Assembly: GCA_017459425.1 (NCBI GenBank)
Contig: JAFUCZ010000024.1
Coordinates: 9,672-41,671 of the forward strand
Direction: 5' to 3'
Origin: Bacilli bacterium
GTDB taxonomy: Bacteria > Bacillota_I > Bacilli_A > RF39 > UBA660
DNA: 32,000 nt
Shown here piece by piece: positions 1 to 8,496 of the stretch. Numbering within the stretch: position 1 is the first letter of the stretch; each line of letters opens with the position of its first letter. The translations under genes were made by a program, and so were the position numbers. A model generated the notes under the pieces. It did no database searches and had not been told where the DNA came from. It saw only the letters and a list, made by a program, of their open reading frames with translations.

Positions 1-1281
1 CCTATTAGATAATGCTTCATCTGGTCCAAAAATTCTAAAGTTTCTTTTATCATTATTTAATTTAATAACATCTGATATATACTTACCTAATTCCATCATA
101 TCTTGTGCTTCTACACTACCTGGTTTTTTAACTTTTACACCATATTCTTTAAAATCTGGAAGTCTTAATTCTTCAAGTAACTCTCCACCATTTGCGTATT
201 TACTTGCACTCATTCTTTTTTCGCCTACTGGGCATAATTCTTTTAATTCAGGTATTAACTTACCATTATTATCAAATAGCTCTTCTGGTTTATAACTTTT
301 TAACCATGATTCTAGTAATTTTAAATTCTTTTTATTATCATTATTTACTGTTATTGGTACTTGATGAGATCTAAAACTACCTTCTACTACTTTTCCATCT
401 ATTTCTTTTGGACCAGTCCATCCCTTAGGTGATTTAAGTATAATCATAGGCCAAATTGGTCTTGCAGAATTAGTATTTTCACGAGCACTTTTCCATATTT
501 TTTTTATATCTTTAATAGCTCTATCAAGTGCTTGAGCCATTTTTTCGTGCATTATTTTAGGGTCGCTTCCAATTACATAATATGGATGGTATCCACATCC
601 TTTAAAATATGAATCTAATTCAGATTCAGAGATTCTAGCAAGCACTGTAGGGTTCGCAATTTTATATCCATTTAAATGTAATATTGGAAGTACTGCCCCA
701 TCAGTAATTGGATTGATAAACTTATTAGAATGCCAAGATGTAGCAAGTGGGCCAGTTTCAGCCTCACCATCTCCTACAACACATGCAGCAATTAAATTTG
801 GATTATCAAGTACAGCTCCATATGCATGAGATAAACTATACCCAAGTTCACCACCTTCATTAATAGAACCAGGTGTTTCGGGTGCGACATGACTAGATAT
901 CCCTCCTGGGAAACTAAACTGTTTGAAAAGTTTTTTTAGTCCATCTTCATCTTCGGTTACATTTGGATACACTTCACTATATGTTCCCTCTAAATATGCA
1001 TTAGATACAGCAGCTTGTCCACCATGACCTGGACCTGATACATAAATCATATCTAAATTATATTTTTTTATAACTCTATTTAAATGAACATAAATAAAAT
1101 TTTGTCCTGGAGTTGTACCCCAATGTCCTACAACATTACTCTTTACATCTGATAATTGTAAAGGACGCCTTAGCAAAGGATTATCAAGTAAATATAATTG
1201 TCCTACCGACAAATAGTTACATGCCCTAAAGTAAGCATCTATTTTATTTAGTTCATCTGCGTTCAGTATTTTAGCTGGCAT
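1..1281 (-). CDS. xfp: Phosphoketolase (xylulose-5-P/fructose-6-P phosphoketolase), N-terminal 427 codons; the 3' end runs off the window
   Basis: It is absent from the ORF track because it is open to the window edge. My translation from the ATG at 1281-1279 reads [41 protein letters not shown]...[41 protein letters not shown]... The GHWGTTPG and GPGHGG blocks are characteristic of the XFP phosphoketolase N-terminus. An AAGGAGG RBS sits 5 nt upstream of the ATG. Confidence 0.85.
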   Translation of the reverse strand, partial: MPAKILNADELNKIDAYFRACNYLSVGQLYLLDNPLLRRPLQLSDVKSNVVGHWGTTPGQNFIYVHLNRVIKKYNLDMIYVSGPGHGGQAAVSNAYLEGTYSEVYPNVTEDEDGLKKLFKQFSFPGGISSHVAPETPGSINEGGELGYSLSHAYGAVLDNPNLIAACVVGDGEAETGPLATSWHSNKFINPITDGAVLPILHLNGYKIANPTVLARISESELDSYFKGCGYHPYYVIGSDPKIMHEKMAQALDRAIKDIKKIWKSARENTNSARPIWPMIILKSPKGWTGPKEIDGKVVEGSFRSHQVPITVNNDNKKNLKLLESWLKSYKPEELFDNNGKLIPELKELCPVGEKRMSASKYANGGELLEELRLPDFKEYGVKVKKPGSVEAQDMMELGKYISDVIKLNNDKRNFRIFGPDEALSNR

Positions 1282-1401
1282 ATTACCCTCCTTATTCTTA
1301 TATTAATATTATATAACAGAGTTTTAAAAAGAACAAATATAATTTGAATAATTATTAATAAAGTGATTAAATTTTTTAAGAAGTGATTTTATATGAAAAA
1401 A

Positions 1402-1418
1402 AGATATAATTTATATCT
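1402..1418 (-). terminator. Rho-independent terminator candidate downstream of the 1427-1846 ORF
   Basis: Stem agatata/tatatct with a 3-nt loop. On the minus strand it is followed by a T-run (plus-strand a-run 1395-1401). Confidence 0.4.
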
Positions 1419-1426
1419 ATTTTAGT

Positions 1427-1846
1427 TTATAATATTTTAACTATAGAATCTACATTAATATTAATTTCTTCTATTTTTTCTTTAACTTCTAACTTAATAT
1501 TGAAATCACTTTTATTAATTCTTGTGATATTGCATTTATACTCACCTAAATTAAGTGAAATCCAGCCATTTTCATCTGCATATAGAATATCAGAAATATA
1601 CTCTGTTATATCAACATTCTCATTTGTTTTCATACTTTCTAAATTTTCTTTAGAATAAGTCATTTCTAGTCCAACAGCAATTAAATCAGATATACTAAAT
1701 GTTATAAAAGGCGCTAATCCTATTCTTTTTGCAACTGATTTACCATTATGTTTACTAACACTAAATTTATCTAAAGATACGTCAATTTTATAATTATCAT
1801 ATTTCTTTTTATTATTTTGTTGATCAATTACTATCATTTTTTTCAC
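1427..1846 (-). CDS. Hypothetical protein (139 aa)
   Basis: Long ORF in an AT-rich background, co-oriented with and overlapping the upstream ORF by 23 nt. I recognise no motif. Confidence 0.45.
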   Translation of the reverse strand: MKKMIVIDQQNNKKKYDNYKIDVSLDKFSVSKHNGKSVAKRIGLAPFITFSISDLIAVGLEMTYSKENLESMKTNENVDITEYISDILYADENGWISLNLGEYKCNITRINKSDFNIKLEVKEKIEEININVDSIVKIL

Positions 1847-2228
1847 CCATCAGTTCTTCAAATATTTCTTTAATTTTATCATTATCATTATTCATTTTAA
1901 AACTATCATTTAATTTATATTTAATAAAATATAGATCATTTATTTTATAATATCTTTTATAATTAAACTCTGAATCAAAATTATCACACGAAGAAATAAT
2001 TTCTTGTACTTCACAAGAAAATACAATATTATTAAACATTTTTATAGAGTCTTTGTTAGATATTACTTCACTTTTTATTTTTCCTTTATCATCATATTGT
2101 ACTATATAATATTCACTATATTTGCTACCATCATTTTTACTCATTAGGTATTTTTCATTAAATTCAAATTCACTTATTATTTTATAATCATATTCTTTCT
2201 CATAAATCATATTTTCACATTCTTTCAA
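1824..2228 (-). CDS. Hypothetical protein (134 aa)
   Basis: ORF co-oriented with its neighbours. No recognisable motif. Confidence 0.45.
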   Translation of the reverse strand: MKECENMIYEKEYDYKIISEFEFNEKYLMSKNDGSKYSEYYIVQYDDKGKIKSEVISNKDSIKMFNNIVFSCEVQEIISSCDNFDSEFNYKRYYKINDLYFIKYKLNDSFKMNNDNDKIKEIFEELMGEKNDSN

Positions 2229-2247
2229 CAGTAATTACAATTCTTTT

Positions 2248-3009
2248 TCACCCATTACACTTTTTTAAAAATTCTTGTTTATTATCATTTAGGTATTTTA
2301 ATCCTTTTTTAATAGAACTTTCAACATCATTATTATCAAATATTCTTTTTATAGCATCAACTATACATTCACCATTAATCTCTATATCATAAAAATTATC
2401 ATATGTTCTAAAATCATGTTTAAATAATTTTTGAAATTCATCTCTATTTAATATAGCATCAATAGATATTTCACTTAAATACCAAAGCATACTTGGATTA
2501 TTAAAATCTTCATTTTTTAAATTTTTAAATATCTTTTTACAAGTTTCAAAAAAGTAATAATGACAACATTCATGCATACATGTATCAATTAATCTTTCAT
2601 CATCTCGTAAATCTACTGAAAATGATAAATCATCAATATCTCTTGGACATACAGGAATTAAACCAATCGATGCATCAACATCTTTATTTAACTTCACATT
2701 AAAATAATTTGATAAAGTTTTAAAATAATCATCATTATATTTATACCATACATCTTGATAGTGTTCTTTAATTTTTTTATTATTAAATTCATTAATACAA
2801 TCATCATATTTTTCTTTAATTAATTTACTGATAATATCAATTCTTTTATTGTAATCTGCATCTTGCAAAATATTAATATTATCTTTTATCTCAGGATATA
2901 AATAAAATGTTCCTTCACTTAAAGGCAAAATACCATCTGTTTGAAAAGCTGACCATCCTAAAACAAATGAAACTTCATCTAATGTCATATATCTAAATTT
3001 TATGTTCAT
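2248..3009 (-). CDS. Hypothetical protein with an HExxH motif (possible zinc-dependent hydrolase)
   Basis: 253-aa ORF containing CMHECCHYYF, which is an H-E-x-x-H arrangement. There is no signal peptide. The function call rests on the motif alone. Confidence 0.5.
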   Translation of the reverse strand: MNIKFRYMTLDEVSFVLGWSAFQTDGILPLSEGTFYLYPEIKDNINILQDADYNKRIDIISKLIKEKYDDCINEFNNKKIKEHYQDVWYKYNDDYFKTLSNYFNVKLNKDVDASIGLIPVCPRDIDDLSFSVDLRDDERLIDTCMHECCHYYFFETCKKIFKNLKNEDFNNPSMLWYLSEISIDAILNRDEFQKLFKHDFRTYDNFYDIEINGECIVDAIKRIFDNNDVESSIKKGLKYLNDNKQEFLKKCNG

Positions 3010-3060
3010 TTATACACCTCACTTTATTAAATAAATTATAACATAAATTCTAAACATTTA

Positions 3061-3089
3061 TAAAAAAACAATTCTAACTTAGAATTGTT
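3061..3089 (-). terminator. Rho-independent terminator
   Basis: 9-bp stem aacaattct/agaattgtt with a 5-nt loop. On the minus strand it is followed by a T-run of at least 7. It lies immediately after the stop of the small ORF at 3091. Confidence 0.55.
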
Positions 3090-3090
3090 T

Positions 3091-3270
3091 TTAATTCTCA
3101 TTTGCGGTAATTTTTTTTACTATGAAATACGCAAACATATATATATATGTAAGAAGCATAAATCTATATTCATCTATTGAAACTGCAATTATTAAAAGTA
3201 TGAAAAATCCAAGTAATAATCCTTTAAAAATATCAACTAAGTTTATAATTTTTTCTTTTTCGTATTTCAT
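3091..3270 (-). CDS. Possible small membrane protein (59 aa)
   Basis: Below the ORF-track cut-off. My translation is MKYEKEKIINLVDIFKGLLLGFFILLIIAVSIDEYRFMLLTYIYMFAYFIVKKITANEN, with two hydrophobic segments. It sits 7 nt downstream of the 3280-4212 gene and is followed by a terminator. Confidence 0.3.
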   Translation of the reverse strand: MKYEKEKIINLVDIFKGLLLGFFILLIIAVSIDEYRFMLLTYIYMFAYFIVKKITANEN

Positions 3271-3279
3271 AGTTTACTC

Positions 3280-4212
3280 CTATCTATTTTGATATTCATT
3301 ATCTAATTTAATTAATTTTCTAATTAATTCTTTTCTCAAAATTATTTTATCTGTTTTATATATACCGTTTTGTACATTAAATTTAAAAAACTCATTTAAA
3401 AATTTTTCTGTATTTTTATCATTACATAATATTATATTATATCCATTTAATATATCTATGCAATTAATAAAAATAATATCTGTGTTATAATTGTTTTTAA
3501 CTTCATTTAATATTGAATCTATTTGTTTTGTTCTTGATTTAATAAATTCTTCAACATTAGCTATTTCTAAAACTCCTATATTAATATTTTTACCCAATAA
3601 ATTAATTGTATGTTCTATTTCCATAACTTTTCTTAAATTAGAATCTTCAATTTGCGATTTTTTTATAAATATTTCTTTTATTTTTGATTTTGTAATTTCA
3701 CTATATTTGCTTTCTAACCATTTGCATGCATTAATATCTCTAGTATCAGTTACACTAGATTTTAAATTAATGCTATTGGATATAATACCATAATATAACA
3801 AAATTGCGGCTTCTTTTGAAATGTCAATGTTTTCTTTTATAAATCTTTCTGTTACTATTGTTGCAGCTGCACCTATTATATCTATTTGAACTTTTATATG
3901 AGATGGAAAAGTAACTCCATTATATACTGTATGATGGTCTATTATTTCAACTATTTTATTAGTATCATGATTTTTAAAATTATTCAAATCATGGTTATCG
4001 ACTATTACAATTTCGTCTTCTTCATCTATAGTTTTTTTACTATTTAATTTTATATTAAAAATATCGCAAACTATGTTTACTTCTTCTTTAGCATTTCCTA
4101 TTATACAATAACTACTTTTAATTCCGGTTTTATTTAAAAATTCGCTATATGCGTACATGCATGCAATTCCATCTAAATCTGGATTAATATATGATGTAAC
4201 AACACGTGTCAT
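3280..4212 (-). CDS. DHH-family phosphoesterase, family II inorganic pyrophosphatase-like (DHH/DHHA2 size class)
   Basis: 310 aa. Motifs INPDLDGIACMYAY (DHH motif I/II region), VIVDNHD and IIDHH (the DHH signature). The length matches PpaC-type enzymes. Substrate is not determinable by eye. Confidence 0.6.
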   Translation of the reverse strand: MTRVVTSYINPDLDGIACMYAYSEFLNKTGIKSSYCIIGNAKEEVNIVCDIFNIKLNSKKTIDEEDEIVIVDNHDLNNFKNHDTNKIVEIIDHHTVYNGVTFPSHIKVQIDIIGAAATIVTERFIKENIDISKEAAILLYYGIISNSINLKSSVTDTRDINACKWLESKYSEITKSKIKEIFIKKSQIEDSNLRKVMEIEHTINLLGKNINIGVLEIANVEEFIKSRTKQIDSILNEVKNNYNTDIIFINCIDILNGYNIILCNDKNTEKFLNEFFKFNVQNGIYKTDKIILRKELIRKLIKLDNEYQNR

Positions 4213-4317
4213 ATTACACCTCCACTATTTTGATTATAACACATATAATGATGTTTTTGTCTTAAACTATTTAAAAAATAATATTTTTATGATAATATTT
4301 TAGTGGGAGAGATTGAT

Positions 4318-5028
4318 ATGAAAATAATTGAAAAGAAATGTCCAAATTGTGGAGCGGATTTGAAATTTGATATTAAAGATAAAGAAACAAAATGTAGATA
4401 TTGTAAATCTGAATTTATTATTGAAGATAATAATATAGATAAAAATAATATTAACTTAGATGATATTGTTTTAAATAAAAAAATAATAAAAGTTTTTAGT
4501 ATATTTCATTTTTTAATTGCATTTGTAATTTTTGCTATTACTATTGCAATGTTTATAGTCGGGTTTAATCATTTTAAAGATAGTGAAGGTGTAAGTAAGG
4601 AAAAAACTGTTAAAATTAACATCAATGAAATAGATGAAAAAATTGAAAATAAATTAGTTAAAGCATCTATTAATGAAATTAAAAAATGGAACATTATGCA
4701 TAATAATTATGAATTAGATGGCGAATATGAAGAAGCAGGACTTTATTATTTAAAAAATACTTTAAGTGTTAGAATCATTGTTGTTTTAAAATATACTTAT
4801 AAAAATGAATCCGATTCTAAAACTATATATTGTGGAATAAAATATATGGGAAATGATATTAATTCTTTAAATTACACTCCACATTTAAATACAAATCAGG
4901 TTGTATTAGGTGATTTTGACTATGCATATGGATATGAAAGCATAGAAGAATTATATGATGGATTTGTTAGATCAGATAAAAGTTTAGGTTATAAAATTGT
5001 AGCAAGTAAAGATTTATTTATTGATTAA
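4318..5028 (+). CDS. Zinc-ribbon membrane protein, function unknown
   Basis: N-terminal CPNCGADL...CRYCKS (CxxC-x15-CxxC zinc ribbon) followed by one TM helix (VFSIFHFLIAFVIFAITIAMFIV). I prefer the ATG at 4318 with the GGGAGAG RBS at 4305-4311 over the GTG at 4303 in the ORF track. Confidence 0.55.
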   Translation: MKIIEKKCPNCGADLKFDIKDKETKCRYCKSEFIIEDNNIDKNNINLDDIVLNKKIIKVFSIFHFLIAFVIFAITIAMFIVGFNHFKDSEGVSKEKTVKININEIDEKIENKLVKASINEIKKWNIMHNNYELDGEYEEAGLYYLKNTLSVRIIVVLKYTYKNESDSKTIYCGIKYMGNDINSLNYTPHLNTNQVVLGDFDYAYGYESIEELYDGFVRSDKSLGYKIVASKDLFID

Positions 5029-5105
5029 TTTTTACAATATTATAGTATTCAAAATTTAAATTATTATAACTGAAATTAATATTGAATTTATCGTTACTAA
5101 AAGCA

Positions 5106-5132
5106 AAAACTGGCTAATATATAGTCAGTTTT
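5106..5132. terminator. Bidirectional terminator hairpin between convergent genes
   Basis: aaaactggcta/tagtcagtttt stem with one G-T position. It has A/T runs on both sides and lies between the 5028 stop (+) and the 5148 stop (-). Confidence 0.45.
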
Positions 5133-5147
5133 ATATTGCAATAAAAT

Positions 5148-5762
5148 TTATTGATTTTTAGCTAATTCATCCATAGAATATGTGTTATATCCTTCATATT
5201 GATAGCTAACATCAATACCTTTCATATACACTTCTCTATCATTTACTTTATCGGTCAATGCATTTTCTAGAAGTATTTTTATTTCAGTATCTTTAATAGG
5301 ACTTCGTTCCATAGCTAATAGGTATTCTTCTTTATTCACTTTACTCCAATCAACAACTTTACCAATTTCATTTTTTAATATCATATCAAGCCAAATTCTT
5401 GTACTTCTACCATTACCTTCTCTAAATGGATGAGCAACATTCATTTCTACATATTTCTTGATAATGTTATCAATATTATCTTGTGGCATTTTATCAATTT
5501 TATTTAATACTTCTTCTAAATACATAACCGGTACAAATCTAAAATTACCTTTTGATATATTAGTATATCTCATCTTACCTGCAAATTCATAAATATCTGA
5601 AAATAAATATTTGTGAATGGATGCAAGTCCCTCGTATGTTCCAACTTCAAAATTTTTAATTTCATTAGTATCAAATAAATCTAATGCTTTTAATTTTGTA
5701 ATTCTTTCTTCCTCTTTGGCAAGCTCTACTTCATTAGTTATTCCAAGTTTATTTTTCAGCAT
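5148..5762 (-). CDS. fic: Fic/DOC family protein (probable adenylyltransferase/AMPylase)
   Basis: Canonical Fic active-site motif HPFREGNGRSTR, matching HxFx(D/E)GNGRxxR. The 204-aa size is typical of single-domain Fic proteins. Confidence 0.85.
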   Translation of the reverse strand: MLKNKLGITNEVELAKEEERITKLKALDLFDTNEIKNFEVGTYEGLASIHKYLFSDIYEFAGKMRYTNISKGNFRFVPVMYLEEVLNKIDKMPQDNIDNIIKKYVEMNVAHPFREGNGRSTRIWLDMILKNEIGKVVDWSKVNKEEYLLAMERSPIKDTEIKILLENALTDKVNDREVYMKGIDVSYQYEGYNTYSMDELAKNQ

Positions 5763-5868
5763 TTTATCACCTCTATAGTGTCAATATTATATCATATTAT
5801 AATTGTTTTTACCACAAATAAACGGTACATTTGTTTACTGTTTTTTAAAATTTAAAACATTGATTTAT

Positions 5869-5899
5869 AAAAAAGAAAAAATCGAACTAAAAAGTTCGA
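5869..5899 (-). terminator. Rho-independent terminator after tRNA-His
   Basis: The minus strand reads tcgaact-tttt-agttcga followed by ttttttctttttt. Confidence 0.6.
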
Positions 5900-5912
5900 C
5901 TGTCTTCTTAAA

Positions 5913-5989
5913 TGGGGCGCGATGTGGGGATCGAACCCACGCATAACGGAACCACAATCCGCCGTGTTAACCACTTCACCAATCACGCC
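5913..5989 (-). tRNA. tRNA-His (anticodon GTG) with genome-encoded G-1 and 3' CCA
   Basis: Hand-folded cloverleaf on the minus strand. The acceptor stem is GCGTGAT/ATCGCGC. The anticodon stem is GCGGA/TCCGT with loop TTGTGGT, giving anticodon GTG. The T arm is GTGGG-TTCGATC-CCCAC. An extra 5' G can pair with discriminator C73, which is the tRNA-His hallmark. CCA is encoded. Confidence 0.9.
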
Positions 5990-6005
5990 ATGTAATACAT
6001 GTATT

Positions 6006-6034
6006 ATTTTATCAAACATTATTTATAATTTCAA
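6006..6034 (-). promoter_or_regulatory. Sigma-A-type promoter for tRNA-His
   Basis: The minus strand reads TTGAAA, a 17-nt spacer, then TAAAAT, ending about 16 nt upstream of the tRNA 5' end. A perfect 14-bp palindrome taatacatgtatta (5993-6006) sits between the -10 and the tRNA. Confidence 0.5.
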
Positions 6035-6118
6035 GCATTTTAATTAATTTTATATTAAATGGGCTAATATCTATACATCTAAAATAGTTATTAATACTAT
6101 AAAGTGAGGGGGAAATTT

Positions 6119-6559
6119 ATGAATAATTACTATGATAGATCAAAATTGGATACTTATAATTATAATAACAATAATTATAATAAACCAATGTATTCTAAAG
6201 ATGAAAATCCTAATTCATTATATGATCCATATGAAGGATTTATAAGAGGAAATTTATTTAAAAACTTATATAATGGTTATAAGCTTAAAAATCCAATAGA
6301 TATTGAACCATTAAATGAACAAGCAGATTTACTTACTTATATAGATGCTTTTTCTTTTGCAGCACATGATATATCACTTTATTTAGATATTTATCCAAAG
6401 GATCCAGATATGATACAACTTTTTAATAAATATAAAAATGAAACAAATAGATTAGTTAAAGAATATGAAAACAAATTTGGACCATTATTTGCAAATAGTA
6501 ATGCAGATATGAGAGTTCCTTGGGCTTGGAGTAAAAGTCCATGGCCATGGGAAAAATAG
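6119..6559 (+). CDS. cotJB: Spore coat protein, apparent CotJA-CotJB fusion
   Basis: The C-terminal half (LLTYIDAFSFAAHDISLYLDIYPKDPDMIQLFNKYKNETNRLVKEYENKFGPL) matches the CotJB pattern. The N-terminal half (SLYDPYEGFIRGNLFKNLYNGYK) resembles CotJA. It lies directly upstream of cotJC. I prefer the ATG at 6119 with the GAGGGGG RBS over the GTG at 6104. Confidence 0.7.
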   Translation: MNNYYDRSKLDTYNYNNNNYNKPMYSKDENPNSLYDPYEGFIRGNLFKNLYNGYKLKNPIDIEPLNEQADLLTYIDAFSFAAHDISLYLDIYPKDPDMIQLFNKYKNETNRLVKEYENKFGPLFANSNADMRVPWAWSKSPWPWEK

Positions 6560-6570
6560 GGGGTTAGATT

Positions 6571-7128
6571 ATGTGGATTTATGAAAAAAAATTACAATAT
6601 CCAGTTAATATTAGAAAAAAAGATTTAAAAATGGCAAAATATTTATTATCTCAATATGGGGGACCAGATTCAGAGTTATCTGCTTCACTTAGATATTTAA
6701 ATCAAAGATATACAATGCCAGATGATAAGGGTAAAGCTCTTTTAACAGACATTGGGACTGAAGAATTAGCGCATTTAGAAATAATAGCTACTATGGCATA
6801 TCAACTAATGCAAGGCGCTACAATCGATGAAATTAAAAATGCTGGATTAGGTGGTATGTTTGCACAGCATGATAGTGGATTATTTCCAACTGATGCGATG
6901 GGTGTTCCATTTACAACAGCTTATATTGAAACATCAGGTGATCATATAGCTGATATTGAAAGTGATATGGCTGCAGAGCAAAGAGCTAGAGCTACTTATG
7001 AGCATTTAATGGATTTAACTAATGATCCTGATGTTTTAGCGCCGCTTTCATTTTTAAGACAAAGAGAAGTAGTTCATTATCAAAGATTTAAAGAACTTAG
7101 AAATTATTATTTGGATAATAAAATATAA
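6571..7128 (+). CDS. cotJC: Spore coat protein CotJC (manganese-catalase-like ferritin fold)
   Basis: MWIYEKKLQYPVNI...YGGPDSELSASLRYLNQRYTMP...GTEELAHLEIIATM...EQRARATYEHL are the conserved CotJC/Mn-catalase family blocks. Length is 185 aa. Confidence 0.9.
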   Translation: MWIYEKKLQYPVNIRKKDLKMAKYLLSQYGGPDSELSASLRYLNQRYTMPDDKGKALLTDIGTEELAHLEIIATMAYQLMQGATIDEIKNAGLGGMFAQHDSGLFPTDAMGVPFTTAYIETSGDHIADIESDMAAEQRARATYEHLMDLTNDPDVLAPLSFLRQREVVHYQRFKELRNYYLDNKI

Positions 7129-7147
7129 ATACTTGTTTTCAAGTATT
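7128..7147. terminator. Bidirectional terminator hairpin between cotJC and the XRE gene
   Basis: aatacttg-tttt-caagtatt, followed by a T-run on the plus strand. It overlaps the 3' end of the minus-strand gene. Confidence 0.45.
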
Positions 7148-7342
7148 TTTTTTATAAAATATATCATCTGGTTTCATATCAAAAATGTTTGATATTTTTA
7201 CTGCCATATCGTAAAAGAGTCTTCTTTTTTTGTTTTCTATTTGACTATAATATGCTGGAGTAATGTTTAAAATATGCGCTACTTGAGCGCTTGTTAAATT
7301 GTTTTGTATTCTTATTTTCTTTAAGTTTTCTGTGTTATACAT
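7139..7342 (-). CDS. XRE-family helix-turn-helix transcriptional regulator (67 aa)
   Basis: IRIQNNLTSAQVAHILNITPAYYSQIENKKR is the classic Cro/C1-type HTH pattern. Confidence 0.75.
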   Translation of the reverse strand: MYNTENLKKIRIQNNLTSAQVAHILNITPAYYSQIENKKRRLFYDMAVKISNIFDMKPDDIFYKKNT

Positions 7343-7372
7343 CTTTATTCACCTATAACAGTATATCATTAT

Positions 7373-7389
7373 ATGGACTATTAGTCCAT
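7373..7389. promoter_or_regulatory. Candidate operator: 17-bp palindrome between the divergent XRE genes
   Basis: atggacta-t-tagtccat has perfect 8-bp arms. It is centred in the 79-bp divergent intergenic region. Confidence 0.45.
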
Positions 7390-7421
7390 TTATATTTAGA
7401 TGTTATCTATGAGAAAATTAA

Positions 7422-7661
7422 ATGGGTGATACAATGGCTTATAGCAAACAAAATGATATTTATAATGTAATTGGTAAAAATATAAAAAAGTATAGAAAAC
7501 AAAAAGGAATATCACAAAAAGAACTTGCTGAAAAACTTTTATTATCTGATAATTTTATAGCTAAATTAGAATCTGTTACACGTCAAACGTTATCAATTGA
7601 TACTTTATATGAAATAAGTAAGGAATTAGATGTAGATATTTCAAAATTTTTTGATAAATAA
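7422..7661 (+). CDS. XRE-family helix-turn-helix transcriptional regulator (75-79 aa)
   Basis: IKKYRKQKGISQKELAEKLLLSDNFIAKLES is an HTH_3 pattern. The start is ambiguous between the ATG at 7422 and the ATG at 7434. Confidence 0.75.
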   Translation: MGDTMAYSKQNDIYNVIGKNIKKYRKQKGISQKELAEKLLLSDNFIAKLESVTRQTLSIDTLYEISKELDVDISKFFDK

Positions 7662-7712
7662 GTTTTACTTGTAAATTTTTTAATTTTTTTGTAGTATATT
7701 ATTGTGATATAT

Positions 7713-8480
7713 ATGAATGAGGAAAAATTAATTAATTATTATAATAAGTTTAATGAAGATAAACGTTTAAGTAGAAAACACGCTAAAGTTGAATTTTTAA
7801 CATCAATTCATTATTTGGAAAAATATTTATCCAAATTTGATAATCCTAAGGTTATTGATATAGGTGCTGGGACTGGTGCATATAGCCTTTATTTATATGA
7901 AAAAGGAATTGATGTTACTGCTTTAGAATTAGTTAAACATAATTTAAAAGTAATTGAAAAGAAAAATCCCAATATCAAAACAATTTTAGGTAATGCGGTT
8001 AATTTAAGTAAAATACGTGATAATTCTTTTGATATTGTTATTTTATTTGGACCAATGTATCACTTAATGACTCTTGATTTAAAGTTAAAAGCTTTGAGTG
8101 AAGCAAAACGTATTACAAAATCAGGCGGATATATTTTTATTAGTTACTGTATGAATGAATATGCTATTATAAAACATGGTTTTATAGATAAATATATTAC
8201 TAATTCCAAAGAGTTAATTAATGAAGATTTTAAAATTATTAAGGATGAATTATATTCTTATGTTAGAATTGAAGATATAAATTATTTAAAAGATAAGTTA
8301 AATTTAGAAAGAAGTATTATTTTATCTCAAGATGGACCTGCTGAATATTTAAAAAAAGAAATTAATAATATGACTGATGAAGAATTTGATTTGTTTTTAA
8401 AATATCATTTTAAAACATGTACTAGGCATGAATTGTTAGGTGCTGGGAGACATATTTTAGATATATTAAAAAAGGTATAA
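7713..8480 (+). CDS. Class I SAM-dependent methyltransferase
   Basis: VIDIGAGTGAYSLYL is SAM-binding motif I (GxGxG). It is followed by an acidic residue at the end of beta-2 (TALE) and by DIVILFGPMYHL (motif IV region). The ATG at 7713 is preferred over the GTG at 7704. Confidence 0.75.
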   Translation: MNEEKLINYYNKFNEDKRLSRKHAKVEFLTSIHYLEKYLSKFDNPKVIDIGAGTGAYSLYLYEKGIDVTALELVKHNLKVIEKKNPNIKTILGNAVNLSKIRDNSFDIVILFGPMYHLMTLDLKLKALSEAKRITKSGGYIFISYCMNEYAIIKHGFIDKYITNSKELINEDFKIIKDELYSYVRIEDINYLKDKLNLERSIILSQDGPAEYLKKEINNMTDEEFDLFLKYHFKTCTRHELLGAGRHILDILKKV

Positions 8481-8496
8481 TTTTTTATACCTTTTT
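8469..8496. terminator. Bidirectional terminator shared by the convergent methyltransferase and typA genes
   Basis: Perfect 12-bp palindromic stem aaaaaggtataa/ttataccttttt with a tttt loop. Both stop codons lie inside the stem arms. Confidence 0.55.

Noticed and set aside
5993-6006. 14-bp perfect palindrome taatacatgtatta upstream of tRNA-His as a regulatory operator
   Set aside because: It lies in the short leader between the predicted -10 and the mature tRNA 5' end. In such AT-rich DNA it could be chance or part of the RNase P substrate context. There is no partner regulator nearby and no second copy in the window.
6104-6118. GTG at 6104 as the start of the cotJA/B-like gene
   Set aside because: The GTG itself overlaps the GAGGGGG Shine-Dalgarno sequence, which is correctly spaced for the ATG at 6119.
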